Shown here in pieces: positions 35,593 to 39,503 of a DNA stretch of 39,503 nucleotides (position 1 is its first letter; every line of letters starts with the position of its first letter). The notes under the pieces were generated by a model. That model worked only from the letters and a program-made list of their open reading frames with translations, searched no databases and was not told where the DNA came from. This DNA is from Octopus sinensis (lineage: Eukaryota), in assembly GCF_006345805.1 (NCBI RefSeq), contig NW_021835553.1, forward strand, positions 1-39,503. The letters are read 5' to 3'. The position numbers and the translations under genes were made by a program.

Positions 35593-36354
35593 TCATGTTA
35601 TATTTTACTATACTATATCATATTTTACGTACAACAGTCACAGCTGTGTACTGTTCATGGACTGCAGAAAAACAATAATATCCACACCTTCCGACTGTAT
35701 TGCTTCGGTTAGTACTCCATTTCAGCGAGTAGCGTTTTCCGCTCCTGGTCTTTTTGGAGAGTATACTGTAGTAAGTGTTAGGAATACATTTTTTCCCTAA
35801 ATTCATTCTGCTACAAAAATAGCAAACTGAAACGATGTAATTATTTTAGTCTCTTGTACTAATGAAATTTTTCTAAAAAAATAATGGTTTATCCTTTATG
35901 CTGAAAGTCTATATGGTCGTCTGCCTCCGAGGAGAGCGGTTTATTTCAAATTGATTATATGTTTTCATTGATTGATTAAATGGAGCCACTTGAAACGGCC
36001 GTAATGCACTGATAATTGGATATCCTTGTCAGTTATTTGGTTTATATATATATATTCAAGAGTTAAGGAATGGAGTAGATAAGATCCTGTTTTTTCTATA
36101 TACTACGGATTGCTTAAAGCTAACTTGCTTTCTTCATCTGGATCTTTGAATCCTATATATATGTGTGTATGTGTGTATACGCGCGAGCGTATAAGAAGGG
36201 AAAGAAATCATCAACTGCACGTGTGTAGTTACACAGAGAGAAATATAGATATAGACAGACAGACAGACAGACAGATAGATAGATGAGTATATCTGCATAT
36301 ATTTATTTGCCCTTTTTCTGTTTGAGTCGCTGTGCCTCTCTTCTCTATCTCTCT

Positions 36355-36370
36355 ACTAATCTATCTATCC

Positions 36371-36406
<36 letters not shown>

Positions 36407-36443
36407 GCCTGTCTATCTATCTATCTATCCATCTATCTATCTC

Positions 36444-36525
<82 letters not shown>
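36355..36525. repeat. (TATC)n microsatellite
   Basis: Direct reading. Confidence 0.9.
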
Positions 36526-36719
36526 CCTGTTCCTACCTATCTGCCTCTCTCGCCGTTCATCTCCTTAACCTCTCCTGTTCTGACTTCGTTGTGCTGCTTT
36601 TAATGAGATGTCGGCTATGCACGATTAGTTTGGTTTTTCGGCAGCTTGAAGAGCGACCAGTTTTGTCTTCGGGTTACTTTTGCGCCCTCTGTTGTGAAGA
36701 TGAAAAGACACTATGACTA

Positions 36720-37960
36720 ACATTATTATTTATGTTGCTTTCATTGATGCTGCTGCTGCTGCTGTTTTGTTGAAGTCTTTCTTCTCTTCATCAACACCAT
36801 CATCTTCACCATCACCATTGTCCATAATCATCATCATCAGCAGCAGTAGTAGCAGTAACAGCAGCAGCTTCGTAGTATTTTTTCCGTATTTTCCTTCTTT
36901 TTTCCTTCTTCCCTTCCTTCCGTCTTTCCTCCCTTCATTCTGTCCTTCCTTCCTTCCTTCCTTCTTTTACTTCTTCTTCATTTTGTTCATCTCCTGCTTT
37001 CATCATTATCACCACCACTACCACCACCACCATCACCACCACCACCAACCACCACCACCACCACCGCCACGACCGCCACCACCACCACCACCACCACCAT
37101 ACCACCACCACCACCACCACCACCATCATTATCATCGTTGTCATCATCATCATCATCGTTACCATCATCGTATACTCGTCTCCATAACCACCATCAGCAC
37201 CACTCCTCCATTTCTTTCTTCTACCACTATCATCATCATCATCATCATCATAAGCACTATCACATTCTACACTGTCGTCGTCGTCGTCGTCGTCTTAGTG
37301 TTTCACATTTGGCACCTCCTACTTCTGTTTCTCCTCACCCTACCCGCCCCATATACCCGGGTATCACCTTCACATATTTTACGTCTATTTCTACCCCACC
37401 ACTTCTTGTATCTTCTTTTACTTTTCCCTCTTTTAATTTTTCTTCTTCTTCTCTACTTCCTCCTCTTCCTCCTCCTCCTCCTTCTTTTTCTTGTTCTTCT
37501 TCTTCTTCTCCTCCTCCTACTACTACTACAACTACTACTACAACTACTACTACTACTACTACTACTACTAATAATAATAATAATAATAATAATGATATTT
37601 TTTTCCTACTGTTCTTTCTTTTTTCTTCTAATTCTTCGCTTCCTCCCACTCCTGCTCCTCCTCCTCCTCCTCCATCTCCCTCTTCTACTTTCACTACTTC
37701 TTTTCGTACTTGTTCTTCTCGTCCTCCTTCTCCTTCTGCTTCTTCTTCTTCTTACACTACTACTACTCCTTTTTCTTCTACTTCTTCTCTCTCCTCCTTC
37801 TTCCCTCCCCCTTCCTTCTCACTTTCTCTTTCCCCTCTTGTTCCATCACGTTATCTTCATCGCCCCACCCCATTATTACCCATCATCATACTCTTCCCTT
37901 CTTTCTTCTTCATCATCATCTCCCCTCCTCTTCCACCACCTCCTCCTCCACCTCCCCATT
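36720..37960. repeat. Mosaic of trinucleotide tracts (CAT, CAC, CTT, CCT, TAC, TAA) with strong pyrimidine bias
   Basis: Direct reading; source of the 439-aa and 296-aa homopolymer ORFs. Confidence 0.9.
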
Positions 37961-38124
37961 CCTCACTATATTTACGGCTACGCCCCCACCCTCACAACTA
38001 TTCCACCGACTCTTTGTATGACCCCTAATTAAAAAGCTTAACTCGATCACTTATCCACGATGGGCGTGAACATGTATCTATTAGATGCCCTGGAAACGCG
38101 TATGACTGTAAGTTTATATGCGCT

Positions 38125-38156
<32 letters not shown>

Positions 38157-38258
38157 TACAAAACACATAATCACACACGTGTAACTATACATATATGTAT
38201 GCGTGTATGGTGTATGTGTGCGTGTGTATGTGTTCGCGATGTGCATGTATATGCGTGA

Positions 38259-38305
<47 letters not shown>

Positions 38306-38591
38306 GCATTTATATATGGTGTGTGCTTGCATGTGCATGCGCTTGTATTTGTACTAGATTACGTTTTAGTGTCTCCAGTTGTTACTGCATGATTTTGCTT
38401 ATACATATACACACACGCGTGTCTGTGTGTGTGTGCATGTACATATCTAACATAATAAATGCGAAAACTAATTTCTGTGTGTCAGTGTGTCACACTTTGA
38501 CCCCATCTCTCACTTTTCAATGATACTTCAACTATTCCTCTAGCTGGGGTGAGAGTAATAATAGGCGTAAAGACGGTGATGGTGGTGGCGA

Positions 38592-38634
<43 letters not shown>

Positions 38635-38876
38635 AAGAAAGAGAGACAAAGAAATTTGGAAGAGTTGATGATGTTTTATTAAAAGTAGTAGTGTTAATGG
38701 TGGCAGTGGGAGTAATAATAAGTGAGAGAGAGAGAGAGAGAGAGTGGGTATGTGAGATAAAGAGGGACTGAACACTGAACCAACATACTGAACATTGATG
38801 GTAATGCGATGATAGTAATAGTATGATCTGTATTTGTGATAGAAGCGGAGGCGGCGATGATGATAGTGGTGGTGGT

Positions 38877-38970
38877 GATAAAATAAGTACCAGTTGAGAA
38901 CTGGGGGCGATGTAAACGACTTACCCTCTCCCCAGAAATCGCTGGCCTTATGCCAAAATTTGAAACCAAT
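38877..38970 (+). mobile_element. Family A SINE 3' tail fragment
   Basis: GATAAAATAAGTACCAGTT...GCTGGCCTTATGCCAAAATTTGAAACCAAT. Confidence 0.75.
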
Positions 38971-39414
38971 ATGTTTATTCTTTCATTTCGGTCGTTTCGG
39001 CAAACGCATGATCGTAACTCGTCAGGAATATAGACAATGATTACGTAATATTACTGCATATTACATGTGATCCATGCACATCTCATCTTGGAGAAGGCTT
39101 TCTGGGCACAGATTCAGTTTTGTGAATTATGTGGAGCCTCCGAATATAGAATCATATTCTTGTTTTGAAGCTTGCCTTAAAAATCGCAGAAAGTCATCAG
39201 ACATATTGTGTGGTCTTCCAGCATGTCACAGTCAGGTGACTGGATCCAGAAATATAGTAAAAGAGTACAGGTATTGGGACATACATACGCGTAAAATGTT
39301 CAGTTTACCAAAGTGTGAAACTCACTGCATGAATATTGATTTCGATGTGTCTGTATGTCTTGCAACGTGTGTGCATGTTTCTGCGCGACCGTTTGCATGT
39401 ATATGTATTTGTGA

Positions 39415-39448
<34 letters not shown>

Positions 39449-39503
39449 ACGTGCGTATGTGTGTGTATGTGCACTTGTGTGTGTATGTGTGTTACTTTCT
39501 AAG

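Noticed and set aside
35700-35775. Possible minus-strand exon
   Set aside because: Weak donor, two of three frames closed and no homology recognised.
36713-38032. 439-aa and 296-aa ORFs
   Set aside because: Homopolymer translations of trinucleotide tracts that are open in several frames and on both strands.

Overview
AT-rich, repeat-saturated eukaryotic DNA, most likely intronic or intergenic. The repeat landscape (tRNA-headed SINE families plus dense (TA)n, (CA)n, (ATCT)n, (TATG)n and trinucleotide tracts) fits an octopod cephalopod genome; this is an inference from remembered repeat families, not a database result. No protein-coding gene can be called with confidence, and nearly all supplied ORFs are translations of simple repeats. 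Supported features: four recurring SINE-like families (labelled A-D here) with modular, swapped 3' ends; an internally deleted Chapaev-like DNA transposon with TIRs, TSD and a transposase remnant; a decayed restriction-like-endonuclease LINE fragment; a ~480 bp foldback element; a ~230 bp direct duplication; and a 34-bp minisatellite apparently amplified from an internal SINE segment. The most interesting signal is two microsatellite-embedded repeat families that fold into minimal type-I hammerhead ribozymes of the Penelope-like, palindromic stem III kind. Both have non-canonical catalytic cores: CUGUNGA (A6U) in three copies, and GUGAACA (a compensatory G3-C8 swap) in one copy. All coordinates, identities and folds were read by eye and need computational confirmation.
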